Below are positions 16,818 through 26,066 of a stretch of 32,000 nt of DNA, in pieces. Under the pieces are notes generated by a model, which saw nothing but the letters and a program-made list of their open reading frames with translations, did no database searches and was not told where the DNA came from. The stretch is from positions 5,640,001 through 5,672,000 of the forward strand of contig NZ_LN831039.1 in NCBI RefSeq assembly GCF_001457595.1, given 5' to 3'. Position 1 is the stretch's first letter, and the number at the start of each line of letters is the position of its first letter. The DNA comes from Mycolicibacterium smegmatis. GTDB taxonomy: Bacteria; Actinomycetota; Actinomycetes; Mycobacteriales; Mycobacteriaceae. The position numbers and the translations under genes were made by a program.

Positions 16818-16865
16818 TCTCGACGCCCGCGCGTCGGGGATGATCTTGACGCCCGCGCGTCGGTG
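16788..16865. repeat. Three tandem copies of a 26-bp repeat
   Basis: GTGATCTCAGCGCCCGCGCGTCGGTG / GTGATCTCGACGCCCGCGCGTCGGGG / ATGATCTTGACGCCCGCGCGTCGGTG. Confidence 0.85.
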
Positions 16866-16901
16866 AACCACCGGCACCACGCCGTTGCCTATCCTCTGAG
16901 C

Positions 16902-17381
16902 GTGAGCCAGGATCCCGTCATCATCCACACCGACGGCGGCTGCCGCCCCAACCCGGGCCCCGGCGGCTGGGGTGCGGTGCTACGGCACCGCGAGCACGTC
17001 CGCGAGATGTTCGGCGGCGAAGCGGCCGTGACCAGCAACAACCGCATGGAGCTGACGGCCCCGATCATGGCGCTCGAGGCCTTGACCCGGCCCGTCACGG
17101 TGCACCTGTACACCGACAGCACCTACGTGCGCAACGGCATCACCAAGTGGGTGCTGGGCTGGGAGCGCAACGGCTGGATGACCGCAGCCAAGCAGCCCGT
17201 GAAGAATGTCGACCTGTGGCAGCGCCTGCAGGCCGCGTGCGCGCGCCACCAGGTCGAGTGGTTCTGGGTGAAGGGGCACTCGGGCATCGGCGACAACGAG
17301 CTGGCCGACGAACTCGCGACCCGCGGACTGCAGGAGGCAGTGGGCCTCACCACCAGTAGTGCGGGTACTTCGCTCCGTTGA
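16902..17381 (+). CDS. rnhA: Ribonuclease HI
   Basis: [22 protein letters not shown]...[16 protein letters not shown]...[19 protein letters not shown]...[18 protein letters not shown]. All catalytic motifs present; GTG start. Confidence 0.93.
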   Translation: MSQDPVIIHTDGGCRPNPGPGGWGAVLRHREHVREMFGGEAAVTSNNRMELTAPIMALEALTRPVTVHLYTDSTYVRNGITKWVLGWERNGWMTAAKQPVKNVDLWQRLQAACARHQVEWFWVKGHSGIGDNELADELATRGLQEAVGLTTSSAGTSLR

Positions 17382-17907
17382 GCTTGTTGCCCGCCAGGCC
17401 GACCACCACGAGGATCACCGCGGCCGTGCCGACCAGGACGACGAACTCCCAGCGCGGGATCTCGGGCACCACGGCGATCATCGCGGTCGCCGCGGCCGGT
17501 GAGTGAGACATCCTGAGCAGCTTCATCATTCCGAGTGCCAGTGCGCCGGCCACCGCACCGGCCCACAACGCGTCGAGAGCCGTCATACCGACCATCACAC
17601 CGACGATCGCCGACATCACGTGGCCGCCGATGACGTTGCGAGGCTGCGACAGGGGGAAGTGCGCGCCTCCGACAACGAGCGCCGCGCTGGCCGCCAGCGG
17701 CGGGATCAACCACGGGTCGTGCGTGATCGCCGTCAGCGACGCGATGATGGCGAGCGCCACCAGACTCACGATGGTCTCGACCACGATGACGCTCAACCGC
17801 TGACGTGGCGGGGCAGCGCTGCGGAACCAACTGGATCGACTCGGTCCCGACGTCCCGGATGTCTCGGCATCGAGCAACTCGACCGAAGTCACCGACGGCT
17901 CCGTCAC
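17347..17907 (-). CDS. HPP family integral membrane protein
   Basis: [48 protein letters not shown]... characteristic HPP-family motif and TM segments. Confidence 0.82.
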   Translation of the reverse strand: MTEPSVTSVELLDAETSGTSGPSRSSWFRSAAPPRQRLSVIVVETIVSLVALAIIASLTAITHDPWLIPPLAASAALVVGGAHFPLSQPRNVIGGHVMSAIVGVMVGMTALDALWAGAVAGALALGMMKLLRMSHSPAAATAMIAVVPEIPRWEFVVLVGTAAVILVVVGLAGNKLNGAKYPHYWW

Positions 17908-18166
17908 AGGACCTCCCCGAATGAGAAACGCACTTTCGGGAGGCTAACGGCCCCAACGATGTTAACGGAATGTTAAGCCGGTTATCGCGTCATACATTCT
18001 GGTTATCAAGGCCCGCAACGCATTTGCTGGCGCGTCGCCGAAGGGTGATCGACACCGGTTATCGCCCGTGGTCGGACCCGGTGCGCCGGCGTCCCTTGGT
18101 CAACTGCACGGGGTCGATCTCGGTGTTCGGCCCCTCGCGGAACATGCTGCCGTCGCGGCGATGCGC

Positions 18167-19147
18167 TCAGCCGTCCCCCGATGACAGTTCGCGCCCGCGG
18201 AATGTGGCGCGGTACGCGCTCGGCGTCACGCCCATCGCGGACTGGAACAGCTGGCGCATCGCCGTGCCGCTGCCCAGGCCGGATTCGGCTGCGACCCGCT
18301 CGACCGGGAAGTCGGTCTGCTCAAGCAGTTCGCAGGCCCGGTGCAGGCGCTGTTCGGTGAGCCACTGCATCGGGGAGAGCCCCGTCTCTTCGCGGAACCG
18401 GCGGGTGAAGGTGCGCTTGCTCATCGCGCTGACGGCGGCCATGTCGTCGAGGGTGATGGCCTCATCGAGTCGTTCCGCTGCCCACGCGCGGGCCGCACCG
18501 GTCGCCGCGGTGGTGGGCTCGGGGACCAGGCGCTGGATGTACTGGGCCTGACCACCTTCGCGGTGTGGTGGCGTGACCGTGCCGCGGGCCACCTCGTTGG
18601 CCACCGCGGCTCCGAAGTCGCTTCGGATCATGTGCAGGCACAGGTCCAGGCCCGCGGCCACACCGGCCGAGGTCAGGACGTCGTCGCAATCGGTGAACAG
18701 CACGTTCGGGTCCAGTTCGATGTGGGGGAACAGGCGCCGGAAGTCGCCGGCCGAGCGCCAGTGGGTGGTGGCCCGGCGCTCGTCGAGGAACCCGGCGGCC
18801 GCGAGCACGAACGAGCCCGTGCAGATCGAGGCCATCCGGGTGCCGGGTTTGATGTGCGACAGCGCTGTGGCCAGTTCGGGGCTCAGCCGGCCCTGCGTGG
18901 GCGGTGCGTAGTCCTCGTCGGAGGCCGGAATGACGACGGTGTCGGCCTGTGCCAGCACGTCGGGCCCGTTGGCGACGTTGATGGTGAAGTCGGTGTCGGT
19001 GCGCACCGGCCCGGGTGTCAGCGTCGCCGTCACGACGTCGTACAGGCGCTCCCCGCTGGTCGATCGGGCCTGCCCGAACAGGCGGTGCGGGATCCCGACC
19101 TCCAGCGGGATCATGCCGTCGCGAACCAGGACTACTACTCGATGCAT
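18167..19147 (-). CDS. GlxA family transcriptional regulator (DJ-1/PfpI-like plus AraC HTH)
   Basis: MHRVVVLVRDGMIPLEVGIPHRLFG...RMASICTGSFVLAAAGFLDERRATTHW...MSKRTFTRRFREETGLSPMQWLTEQRLHRACELLEQTDFPVERVAAESGLGS. Confidence 0.9.
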   Translation of the reverse strand: MHRVVVLVRDGMIPLEVGIPHRLFGQARSTSGERLYDVVTATLTPGPVRTDTDFTINVANGPDVLAQADTVVIPASDEDYAPPTQGRLSPELATALSHIKPGTRMASICTGSFVLAAAGFLDERRATTHWRSAGDFRRLFPHIELDPNVLFTDCDDVLTSAGVAAGLDLCLHMIRSDFGAAVANEVARGTVTPPHREGGQAQYIQRLVPEPTTAATGAARAWAAERLDEAITLDDMAAVSAMSKRTFTRRFREETGLSPMQWLTEQRLHRACELLEQTDFPVERVAAESGLGSGTAMRQLFQSAMGVTPSAYRATFRGRELSSGDG

Positions 19148-19231
19148 GGCCCGATTCTTGCGCATATTGACTCGCGGGCCACTAGTGCGGCCGTGTGCGG
19201 GTCACGATGCTGGATGTCAGGAGGTGATCAC

Positions 19232-20008
19232 ATGAAGGTCCTGTGGGTGTTCGCCCATCCCGAGCAGGCGTCGCTCAACGGTTCTCTCATGCAGGAGGGT
19301 CTGGGGATCCTCGAGGAACTCGGCCACGAATACCAGGTCTCGGACCTGTACGCGATGAAGTGGAAGGCCGCGCTGGACCGAGACGACTACACGCGCGACA
19401 CCGAGGGCCGGTTCTCGGTGAGCCGGGCTTCGCAGCAGGCGTTCCGCACGGGCACGCTCAGCGCGGACATCGTTGCCGAACAGCGCAAGCTCGAATGGGC
19501 CGATCTGTTCGTCTTGCAGTTTCCGCTGTGGTGGTACAGCGTTCCGGCGATCCTCAAGGGTTGGATCGACCGTGTCTTCGTCAAGGGCTTCGCGTACGGC
19601 ATCGTCGACCCTGAGAATCCCGGCCGTACACCGCGTTACGGCGACGGTCCGCTCGCGGGCAAGAAAGCGCTGACGATCCTGACGTCTGGCAGCCCGCCTG
19701 CGGCGCTGGGACCACGCGGTATCAACGGCCAACTCGACCAAGTGCTCTTCCCGCTGTTGCACGGCACGCTGTGGTACGTCGGCATCGCTCCCCTGGCGCC
19801 CATGTGCCTCTATGGTGCCGACCGTTTCTCCGGCGATGAGTTCGCTTCGGCGACAGCGGAACTACGCCGACGGATCGAAGCGATCGACGACGAGGAGCCC
19901 ATCCCGTTCCGCCGTCAGAACGGCGGCGAGTACGACGCGGATCTCGTGTTACGGCCCGAACTGGCGCCTGGCGCCACAGGTATATCGGTGCACTATCACG
20001 ACCGGTGA
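19232..20008 (+). CDS. NAD(P)H dehydrogenase (quinone), flavodoxin-like fold
   Basis: MKVLWVFAHPEQASLNGSLMQEGL...WADLFVLQFPLWWYSVPAILKGWIDRVFVKGFAYG; GGAGGTGAT Shine-Dalgarno just upstream. Confidence 0.9.
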   Translation: MKVLWVFAHPEQASLNGSLMQEGLGILEELGHEYQVSDLYAMKWKAALDRDDYTRDTEGRFSVSRASQQAFRTGTLSADIVAEQRKLEWADLFVLQFPLWWYSVPAILKGWIDRVFVKGFAYGIVDPENPGRTPRYGDGPLAGKKALTILTSGSPPAALGPRGINGQLDQVLFPLLHGTLWYVGIAPLAPMCLYGADRFSGDEFASATAELRRRIEAIDDEEPIPFRRQNGGEYDADLVLRPELAPGATGISVHYHDR

Positions 20009-20635
20009 TCAGTTGAGCCCAGAACCCGGATGGAACCGCTTGACGCGACGCAAGGTGTTCTCGTCGGTGTGATGCATCTCGGAACCGGTGGCGGCCAGTC
20101 GCAGTCGCAGATCCGACGTGTAGCTGAAGGCGCCGTCTTCGTCGAAGACGAAACTGCTGGTGAAGCCTTTGATCTCGGCACGGTCGAGCAGATAGCGGTT
20201 CTGCAGGATGCCGTAGCAGGGGTCACCGGGGGTCGCGTCGAAGTGCAGGATGCGATCGCCGATGGCGGCGTCACCGCCCGCGAGGATCGCGATACCCCGG
20301 CCGAACACCACATTGCGGATGACCTGACCATCGGCCTTGTCCCAGAGCAGAAACCCGATCTCGTCATGGAAGGGGTCCATCGCCTCTTCCCCGTGCCGCC
20401 AGGCGGTCATCGAGTAGCTGAGACCCCAGAGCACCTGCCGGCCGTTCTCCTGGAGCGGGATCGGCTTGAAGACGGCCTTTTCGAAGTAGGTGGTCCTTCC
20501 GATCTCATCGTCGTTGTTGTGGTAGCTGATGTCCACACCTTCGTCGCCCTCCCACTCACCGACCAGTGGGGTCAATGGTCCGAGTTTCTGCGGGCCGGAG
20601 ACAGTGGTGCGGTCGAGCGTCTGCGCGCTGGTCAT
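20009..20635 (-). CDS. FABP-like heme-binding beta-barrel (nitrobindin-like) protein
   Basis: LGPLTPLVGEWEGDEGVDISYHNNDDE...; the GxWxGxG-like motif is degenerate (GEWEGDEG). Confidence 0.7.
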   Translation of the reverse strand: MTSAQTLDRTTVSGPQKLGPLTPLVGEWEGDEGVDISYHNNDDEIGRTTYFEKAVFKPIPLQENGRQVLWGLSYSMTAWRHGEEAMDPFHDEIGFLLWDKADGQVIRNVVFGRGIAILAGGDAAIGDRILHFDATPGDPCYGILQNRYLLDRAEIKGFTSSFVFDEDGAFSYTSDLRLRLAATGSEMHHTDENTLRRVKRFHPGSGLN

Positions 20636-20679
20636 GACGATGCTCCGTTCAATCGATGCCTCGAGACTATCGAACGCAT

Positions 20680-20703
20680 TTGTCTTGCACAAGACAAGTC
20701 TTG
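20680..20703. promoter_or_regulatory. Overlapping palindromes, likely MarR-family operator
   Basis: TTGTCTTG-CA-CAAGACAA (20680-20697) overlapping CAAGAC-AA-GTCTTG (20690-20703). Confidence 0.7.
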
Positions 20704-20732
20704 CGTCAGGCAAATCTGGAGCGAGCACCGTC

Positions 20733-21194
20733 TCAGTACGGAATTCGGGGGTCCTCGGGAGCCTGCAGCACCTCGTGCAGGCGCTCCAACGCGGCGATGC
20801 ACTGCGAGCGCTCCTCGGAGCTCAGCCGATCCAGCGCCTTACCCAATTCGCGCCGGCGACGGCTTTCCACTTTTCGCACCAAGCGCCGGCCTTCGTCGGT
20901 GAGTGCGAGCACCACCGCACTGCGGTTGGCAGGATCCGGGCGACGGACCAGGTGGCCTGAGGAGTGGAGTCGGTCGACCAGGCGGGTGATGGACGATCCC
21001 CCGATTCCCAGCATCTCCGCACATCTGGTGGCACCGGCTTCGCCCAACTCATCGAGCACCCGCAGCAGCCGAAACTGTGGCAGAGACACTTCCAGGCCGT
21101 CGACGCTGCGCAGGGCCACACCCACCAGGTCGCTGGTGACAAGCTGAACAGCGACCACCTCGCGGGCCGTTGAGTCCGCCTTCTTACTCACCAC
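20733..21194 (-). CDS. MarR family transcriptional regulator
   Basis: LEVSLPQFRLLRVLDELGEAGATRCAEMLGIGGSSITRLVDRLHSSGHLVRRPDPANRSAVVLALTDEGRRL winged HTH. Confidence 0.9.
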   Translation of the reverse strand: MVSKKADSTAREVVAVQLVTSDLVGVALRSVDGLEVSLPQFRLLRVLDELGEAGATRCAEMLGIGGSSITRLVDRLHSSGHLVRRPDPANRSAVVLALTDEGRRLVRKVESRRRRELGKALDRLSSEERSQCIAALERLHEVLQAPEDPRIPY

Positions 21195-21234
21195 TTCGCG
21201 AGTATCGCACGCTCGGCACCGTGCTGAGCGAGCG

Positions 21235-23502
21235 TCATTCCCACACCACCTCGTCGGGTGTCTTGTCCGGACGCAGGCCGCGCCAACTCGGTTGGCGCAA
21301 CCGGCCGTCCGACGTGCGCTCGCTGTAGCGCACCTCCCCCACGAGTTCTGGGCGCACGAACGTGACGCCGCGCGCGTCGACCTTGGGCAGTGGCGCGTCG
21401 AAGGGCGATTCGTCGGTGTGCAGCGGTTTCAGCATGTCTTTGAGCTTGCCGAGTTCTTTTTCGGTGAAGCCCGTTCCGACGCGTCCCACGAACTGCAGGC
21501 CGTCGGGTCCCGGTATGCCGAGCACAAGTGCGCCGATGCCGCTGGACCGCCCGCCCTCACCCTGACGCCAGCCGCCGATCACCACCTCCTGGGTGTTCCA
21601 GATCTTGTCCTTGATCCACGACGACGAGCGTCGGCCCGGTTGGTACGTCGAGTCCCGTTTCTTGGCGACGACGCCCTCATAGCGTTTCTCACGGGCGTGT
21701 TCCATGGCCTCGGGCCCGTCACCCGACAACTGGTCCGGGACGATCAGGCTGCCACCGTCGGCCAGCGCCTCCAAGATCTTGCGGCGGTCGGAATACTTCG
21801 CGCGCAACAACGACCGGCCGTCGAGCCACAGGATGTCGAACGCCCAGAACTCGACGCGGGTCGAGCGGGCACGGTTCTGCATCTCGCCGAAGCTGGGAAT
21901 CCCGTTGTTGTCGAGGGCCACCGCCTCGCCGTCGAGCACCACATGGTGGTCGGCGAGATCTGCTGCCAGCGCCTTGAATTGGGGGTATTCACGTGTGACG
22001 TCACGACCGGTGCGTGAACGTATCTGCAGCTTCCCGTGATCCACGTGCACGATGACGCGGTAGCCGTCCCATTTGCCCTCGAACGCCCACTGCGTGGCCT
22101 TGTACTTCTGCACCGATCCCTCGGTGGCCAGCATGGGCGCGAAATCCTCTGGCCGCGTATTCTTCTGGTCTTTCATGCGGTGCGCCAGCCAGTTCTTGCC
22201 CTTGGTCTGGATCAAGGCGTAACGGCCGTCGACCTTCTCGCCGTGCAGCGTGACGATGATCTCGCCGTGCGTGTCGTCGGGGTTGTCGAGTTCCTCGGGG
22301 ACACGGAACTTCTCGGTCTCATAGGTGCCCGCATCCCAGATCACCATGTCGCCCGCGCCGTACTCGCCCTTTGGGATCGAGCCGTGGAACGTCAGGTATT
22401 CGATGGGATGGTCTTCGGTGTGCACCGCGAGACGGTTCTCGGCGGTGGTCTCGGGCAAATTCTTGGGCACCGCGAAACTCACCAGCACGCCGTCGCGTTC
22501 GAGCCGCAGGTCGTAGTGCAACCGTCGGGCGTGATGCTCCTGGATGACGAACTTGTCGTTGTTGCCCGTCGTCGGAATCTCTTTCGGGACCGGCTCGGGC
22601 GTCTTGGACGCGTCGCGCATGCTGCGGTAGGTGCTGAGCTTGTCGGCGAGCGGAGCGTCGGCGTCCAGCGGCGCGAGCAGGTCACCGTATTCGTCGAGGC
22701 GGTCCAGCACCTCGTCGAACCGCAGGTGCCGCAGTTCCGGGTCGGAGATCTCGTCCCATGTGCGCGGCGCGGCAACGGTCGGGTGGTCGCGCCCACGCAG
22801 TGAATACGGCGCGATCGTGGTCTTGGCCGCGTTGTTCTGGCTCCAGTCGAGGAACACCTTGCCGGCACGCAGGCTCTTGGTCATGGTCGCGGTGACCAGC
22901 TTCGGCATGGCCTGCTCCAACTGCTGCGCGACCCGGCGCGCGAGCACCGACGCCCCGCGTGAGCTGATCGGCTGGGCCAGCGGCACATACAGATGCAGGC
23001 CCTTGCTGCCGCTGGTGAGCGGGTACGTCTGCAGCTCCAGGTCGCTCATGAGCTCACGGACCTCGTGGGCCACCTCGCACAACTGCGTCATGGTGACGCC
23101 CTCACCGGGATCGAGGTCGAACACGATCCGGGTGGCCGGGCCCTGATCGCCGTCCTCGAACCGCCATTGCGGCACATGCACTTCCAGCGACGCCTGCTGC
23201 GCGATCCACGCCAGGCCCTCGCGCGTGTTGATGATGGGGTAGGTCGTGGTGCCCGACTTGTGCGTGATCGAGCCACGTTCCAGCCAGCTCGGCGCCGACG
23301 ACGCCAGCTGCTTTTCGAAGAACGCCTCTTCCGCGACACCGTTGGGCCAGCGTTTGCGCGTCACCGGCCGTCCCGCGATGTGCGGCAGCATCACCTGCGC
23401 GATGCTGAGGTAGTAGTCGAAGACCTCGGCCTTGGTGGTGCCCGTGGCGGGATAGAGCACCTTGTCAGGGTTCGTCAGGCGAACCCGCTCATAGCGCTCC
23501 AT
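21235..23502 (-). CDS. ligD: Multifunctional NHEJ ATP-dependent DNA ligase LigD (polymerase, phosphoesterase and ligase domains)
   Basis: N-terminal LTNPDKVLYPATGTTKAEVFDYY...DLDPGEG...SGSKGLH (AEP polymerase); FVIQEHHARRLHYDLRLERDGVLVSFAVPK (phosphoesterase); AFEGKWDGYRVIVHVD (ligase adenylation motif). Confidence 0.95.
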   Translation of the reverse strand: MERYERVRLTNPDKVLYPATGTTKAEVFDYYLSIAQVMLPHIAGRPVTRKRWPNGVAEEAFFEKQLASSAPSWLERGSITHKSGTTTYPIINTREGLAWIAQQASLEVHVPQWRFEDGDQGPATRIVFDLDPGEGVTMTQLCEVAHEVRELMSDLELQTYPLTSGSKGLHLYVPLAQPISSRGASVLARRVAQQLEQAMPKLVTATMTKSLRAGKVFLDWSQNNAAKTTIAPYSLRGRDHPTVAAPRTWDEISDPELRHLRFDEVLDRLDEYGDLLAPLDADAPLADKLSTYRSMRDASKTPEPVPKEIPTTGNNDKFVIQEHHARRLHYDLRLERDGVLVSFAVPKNLPETTAENRLAVHTEDHPIEYLTFHGSIPKGEYGAGDMVIWDAGTYETEKFRVPEELDNPDDTHGEIIVTLHGEKVDGRYALIQTKGKNWLAHRMKDQKNTRPEDFAPMLATEGSVQKYKATQWAFEGKWDGYRVIVHVDHGKLQIRSRTGRDVTREYPQFKALAADLADHHVVLDGEAVALDNNGIPSFGEMQNRARSTRVEFWAFDILWLDGRSLLRAKYSDRRKILEALADGGSLIVPDQLSGDGPEAMEHAREKRYEGVVAKKRDSTYQPGRRSSSWIKDKIWNTQEVVIGGWRQGEGGRSSGIGALVLGIPGPDGLQFVGRVGTGFTEKELGKLKDMLKPLHTDESPFDAPLPKVDARGVTFVRPELVGEVRYSERTSDGRLRQPSWRGLRPDKTPDEVVWE

Positions 23503-23521
23503 CCCCCAAGGATGCCTCGTC

Positions 23522-23587
23522 GCGCCGATTTCTACACCAGGGTCGTGGTGGGCGAGTTATCCACAGCCCTGGTGCAGAAATCGGCGC
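23522..23587. repeat. 21-bp near-perfect inverted repeat with 24-nt centre containing TTATCCACA
   Basis: GCGCCGATTTCTACACCAGGG (23522-23542) versus CCCTGGTGCAGAAATCGGCGC (23567-23587); one mismatch. Confidence 0.85.
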
Positions 23588-24244
23588 AGCAGAGAAAGCT
23601 AGATCCGCTCGCCGGTGTCCGGGTGGAACAGGTGCACCACGCCGTCGGGCGACTTGCGCAGGCGCACCGTCTGGGCCAGCTTGGGCGCCCGGCGCGGGTT
23701 GCAGCGTGCCACGAGTTCGACGCCGGAGCCCGACGCGGCGTGGGTGTAGACGTAGGCCTCGCTGCCCAGGTCCTCCACGAGGTCGACGACCACCTCGACG
23801 CGGCCTGACTCCTCGATCTCCAGCTGCTCGGGCCGGATGCCGATGGTGACCTCGGACAGGCCGAGCTGGCTCAGCCGGGTCATCTGGTCGCGTTCGAGCT
23901 CAAGGGTGGAGTTGTCGCCCACCCGCACACCGTCGGGGACGATCGGCAGCTTCACCAGGTTCATCGCGGGTGAGCCGATGAAGCCCGCGACGAATTCGTT
24001 GACGGGCTTGTCGTACAGCTCGTTCGGGGAGGCGAACTGCTGGAGCTTGCCGTTGCGCAGCACCGCGACGCGATCACCCATGGTCATGGCCTCGACCTGA
24101 TCGTGCGTGACGTACACCGTGGTGGTGCCGAGCCTGCGCTGCAGCGCGGCGATCTGGGTGCGGGTCTGCACACGCAGCTTGGCGTCGAGGTTGGACAGCG
24201 GCTCGTCCATGCAGAACACCTGCGGCTCACGCACGATCGCGCGT

Positions 24245-24279
<35 letters not shown>

Positions 24280-24425
24280 CTTGGCGGGCTTGCGATCCAG
24301 GAACTGTTCGAGGTCGAGCAGCTTGGCGGCCTCTTCGACCTTCTTGCGCCGTTCGGCCGCGGGCACGCCACGCAGCTTGAGCGCGAAGCCCATGTTGATC
24401 CGCCCCGGCATGTCGGGAGGTTCTC

Positions 24426-25379
24426 TTATCTGAGTGCCTCCTCGGCATGAGGGTGCCGTTGGCGATGGTAGTAGAGCGCTTCGGCCCGATCGGGGGTCAG
24501 GTCCTGGCAGTAGCCGTTGGGTCGCTGACGGTTGTAGAAGGCCACCCATTCGGCGGTCCCCAGCGCCAGTTCGGTGGCACCGGGATAGAGCGGCTGGCGG
24601 TCGATGAGTTCGGTCTTGTAGCTGCTGTTCACCGATTCGGCCAGAGCATTATCGAAACTATCCCCGACGGATCCGACTGAAGGCAGGATCCCCTCAGCGG
24701 CCAGACGTTCGGTGAACGCGACCGCGGTGTATTGCGAGCCCGCGTCGCTGTGGTGGATAAGTGAATCCAAAGATGCTGCACCCGAACGCTTTCTGGTGTC
24801 GATAGCGTGGTCGATCGCATCGGTCACCAGCTTCTGGGTCATCTCGGTAGCCACCTTCCAACCCACGATCTTGCGGGCATAGACATCGGTGACGAACGCC
24901 GTGTAGGCCCAGCCGGCACGAGTCCGGCAGTAGGTGAAATCGGCCACCCACAATCGGTCAGGCGCACCGGCGACGAAATTACGCCGGACCCGATCCGGGG
25001 CTCGCGTCGCTGCCGGATCGGCGACGGTGGTGCGCACCCGCCGGCGCTTGCACGCACCCCGCCAACCCATCTCCCGCATGACCCGTTCCACGACACAGCG
25101 CGATACGTCGATACCATTGGTGCGCAATACAATCCATGTCTTACGAGCGCCCAGGACTCGGTACAGACTCTGCGATTGGCGAAGCTGCCAGATCGCATCG
25201 ATCACCTGCGCATCGGCCCAGTCGGCTTTCGAGGGGCCCTGACGGGCGCGGTGGGCGTAATACGTCGACGGGGCGATCGTGACGCCGTACTCGGAAAGCA
25301 CAGCGCACATCGACTCGACACCCCACTTGAGACCATCAACGCCCACCCGCATGTGCTGGTGGGCGCTGATGAACTCCAC
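24426..25379 (-). CDS. IS3-family transposase OrfB (rve integrase core)
   Basis: RRNFVAGAPDRLWVADFTYCRTRAGWAYTAFVTDVYARKIVGW...LDSLIHHSDAGSQYTAVAFTERL...SVGDSFDNALAESVNSSYKTELI; DDE motif. Confidence 0.93.
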   Translation of the reverse strand: MEFISAHQHMRVGVDGLKWGVESMCAVLSEYGVTIAPSTYYAHRARQGPSKADWADAQVIDAIWQLRQSQSLYRVLGARKTWIVLRTNGIDVSRCVVERVMREMGWRGACKRRRVRTTVADPAATRAPDRVRRNFVAGAPDRLWVADFTYCRTRAGWAYTAFVTDVYARKIVGWKVATEMTQKLVTDAIDHAIDTRKRSGAASLDSLIHHSDAGSQYTAVAFTERLAAEGILPSVGSVGDSFDNALAESVNSSYKTELIDRQPLYPGATELALGTAEWVAFYNRQRPNGYCQDLTPDRAEALYYHRQRHPHAEEALR

Positions 25380-25381
25380 GA

Positions 25382-25708
25382 CTACTGAGAGGGCCGGTCG
25401 AGCTCGGCGGCGAAGAAAACCGAGGCCGCCTTCAAGATCGCGTTGGCCCGCTTGAGTTCGGCATTCTCCCGGCGCAGCTTGCGCAGGACCTCGGATTCCT
25501 CGCTGGTCTGCCCCGCCCGAGAGCCGGCGTCGATCTCAGCCTGGCGGACCCATTTGCGCACCGTTTCGGCAGTACCGACGCCCAGCAGGTCAGCAACCCG
25601 GCCCATCGCCTCCCACTCCGAAACTGTCTCGCTGCGCAGATCGGCCACCATCTGCACCGCCCGCACCTTCAGCTCGTCTGGATACCGCCTCGATGACTTC
25701 GATCCCAC
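25382..25708 (-). CDS. IS3-family transposase OrfA (HTH)
   Basis: [19 protein letters not shown]...[34 protein letters not shown]...[35 protein letters not shown]. Confidence 0.92.
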   Translation of the reverse strand: MGSKSSRRYPDELKVRAVQMVADLRSETVSEWEAMGRVADLLGVGTAETVRKWVRQAEIDAGSRAGQTSEESEVLRKLRRENAELKRANAILKAASVFFAAELDRPSQ

Positions 25709-26066
25709 GTGCCCATCCTTCCCAACGGAAGAACTCTCCAGACACGCCGGGGCGGATCATGTTCTCGGCGACGGTTTTGGTGGGGTACAGCGCGTAGTTC
25801 TGGAACACCATCGCGATGTCGCGGTCTTTCGACGGCACACCGCGCATGTTGCGGCCACCGATCTCGATGTCACCCTCGTCGATGTCCTCGAGGCCGGCCA
25901 GCATGCGCAGCGCCGTGCTCTTGCCGGAACCGGACGGGCCCACCAGGACCACGAACTCACCGTCGGCGATGTCGAGGTTCAGCGAGTCGACCGCGAGCTT
26001 GTCGGAGCCCTCGTAGATGCACGAGGCGTTGCGGTAAGTGATAGCAGCCATTGCGAATATCTCCCC

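Larger units (their letters stand above)
24396..25759 (-). mobile_element. IS3-family insertion sequence, 1364 bp, possibly IS1137 or a close relative
   Basis: Ends TGATCCGCCCCGGC(A/G)TGTC(G/T)GGAG in inverted orientation; two overlapping-frame transposase ORFs; 3-bp flanking duplication tgt/ACA at 24393-24395 and 25760-25762. The IS name is from memory and needs checking. Confidence 0.92.

Noticed and set aside
17978-18064. GGTTATC repeated three times (17980, 18001, 18057) with CCGGTTATCG twice
   Set aside because: Short, irregularly spaced and no dyad; not distinguishable from chance without genome counts.
22993-23808. Plus-strand ORF over the ligD/ABC junction
   Set aside because: Antisense to ligD and the ABC ATPase 3' end, low-complexity composition.
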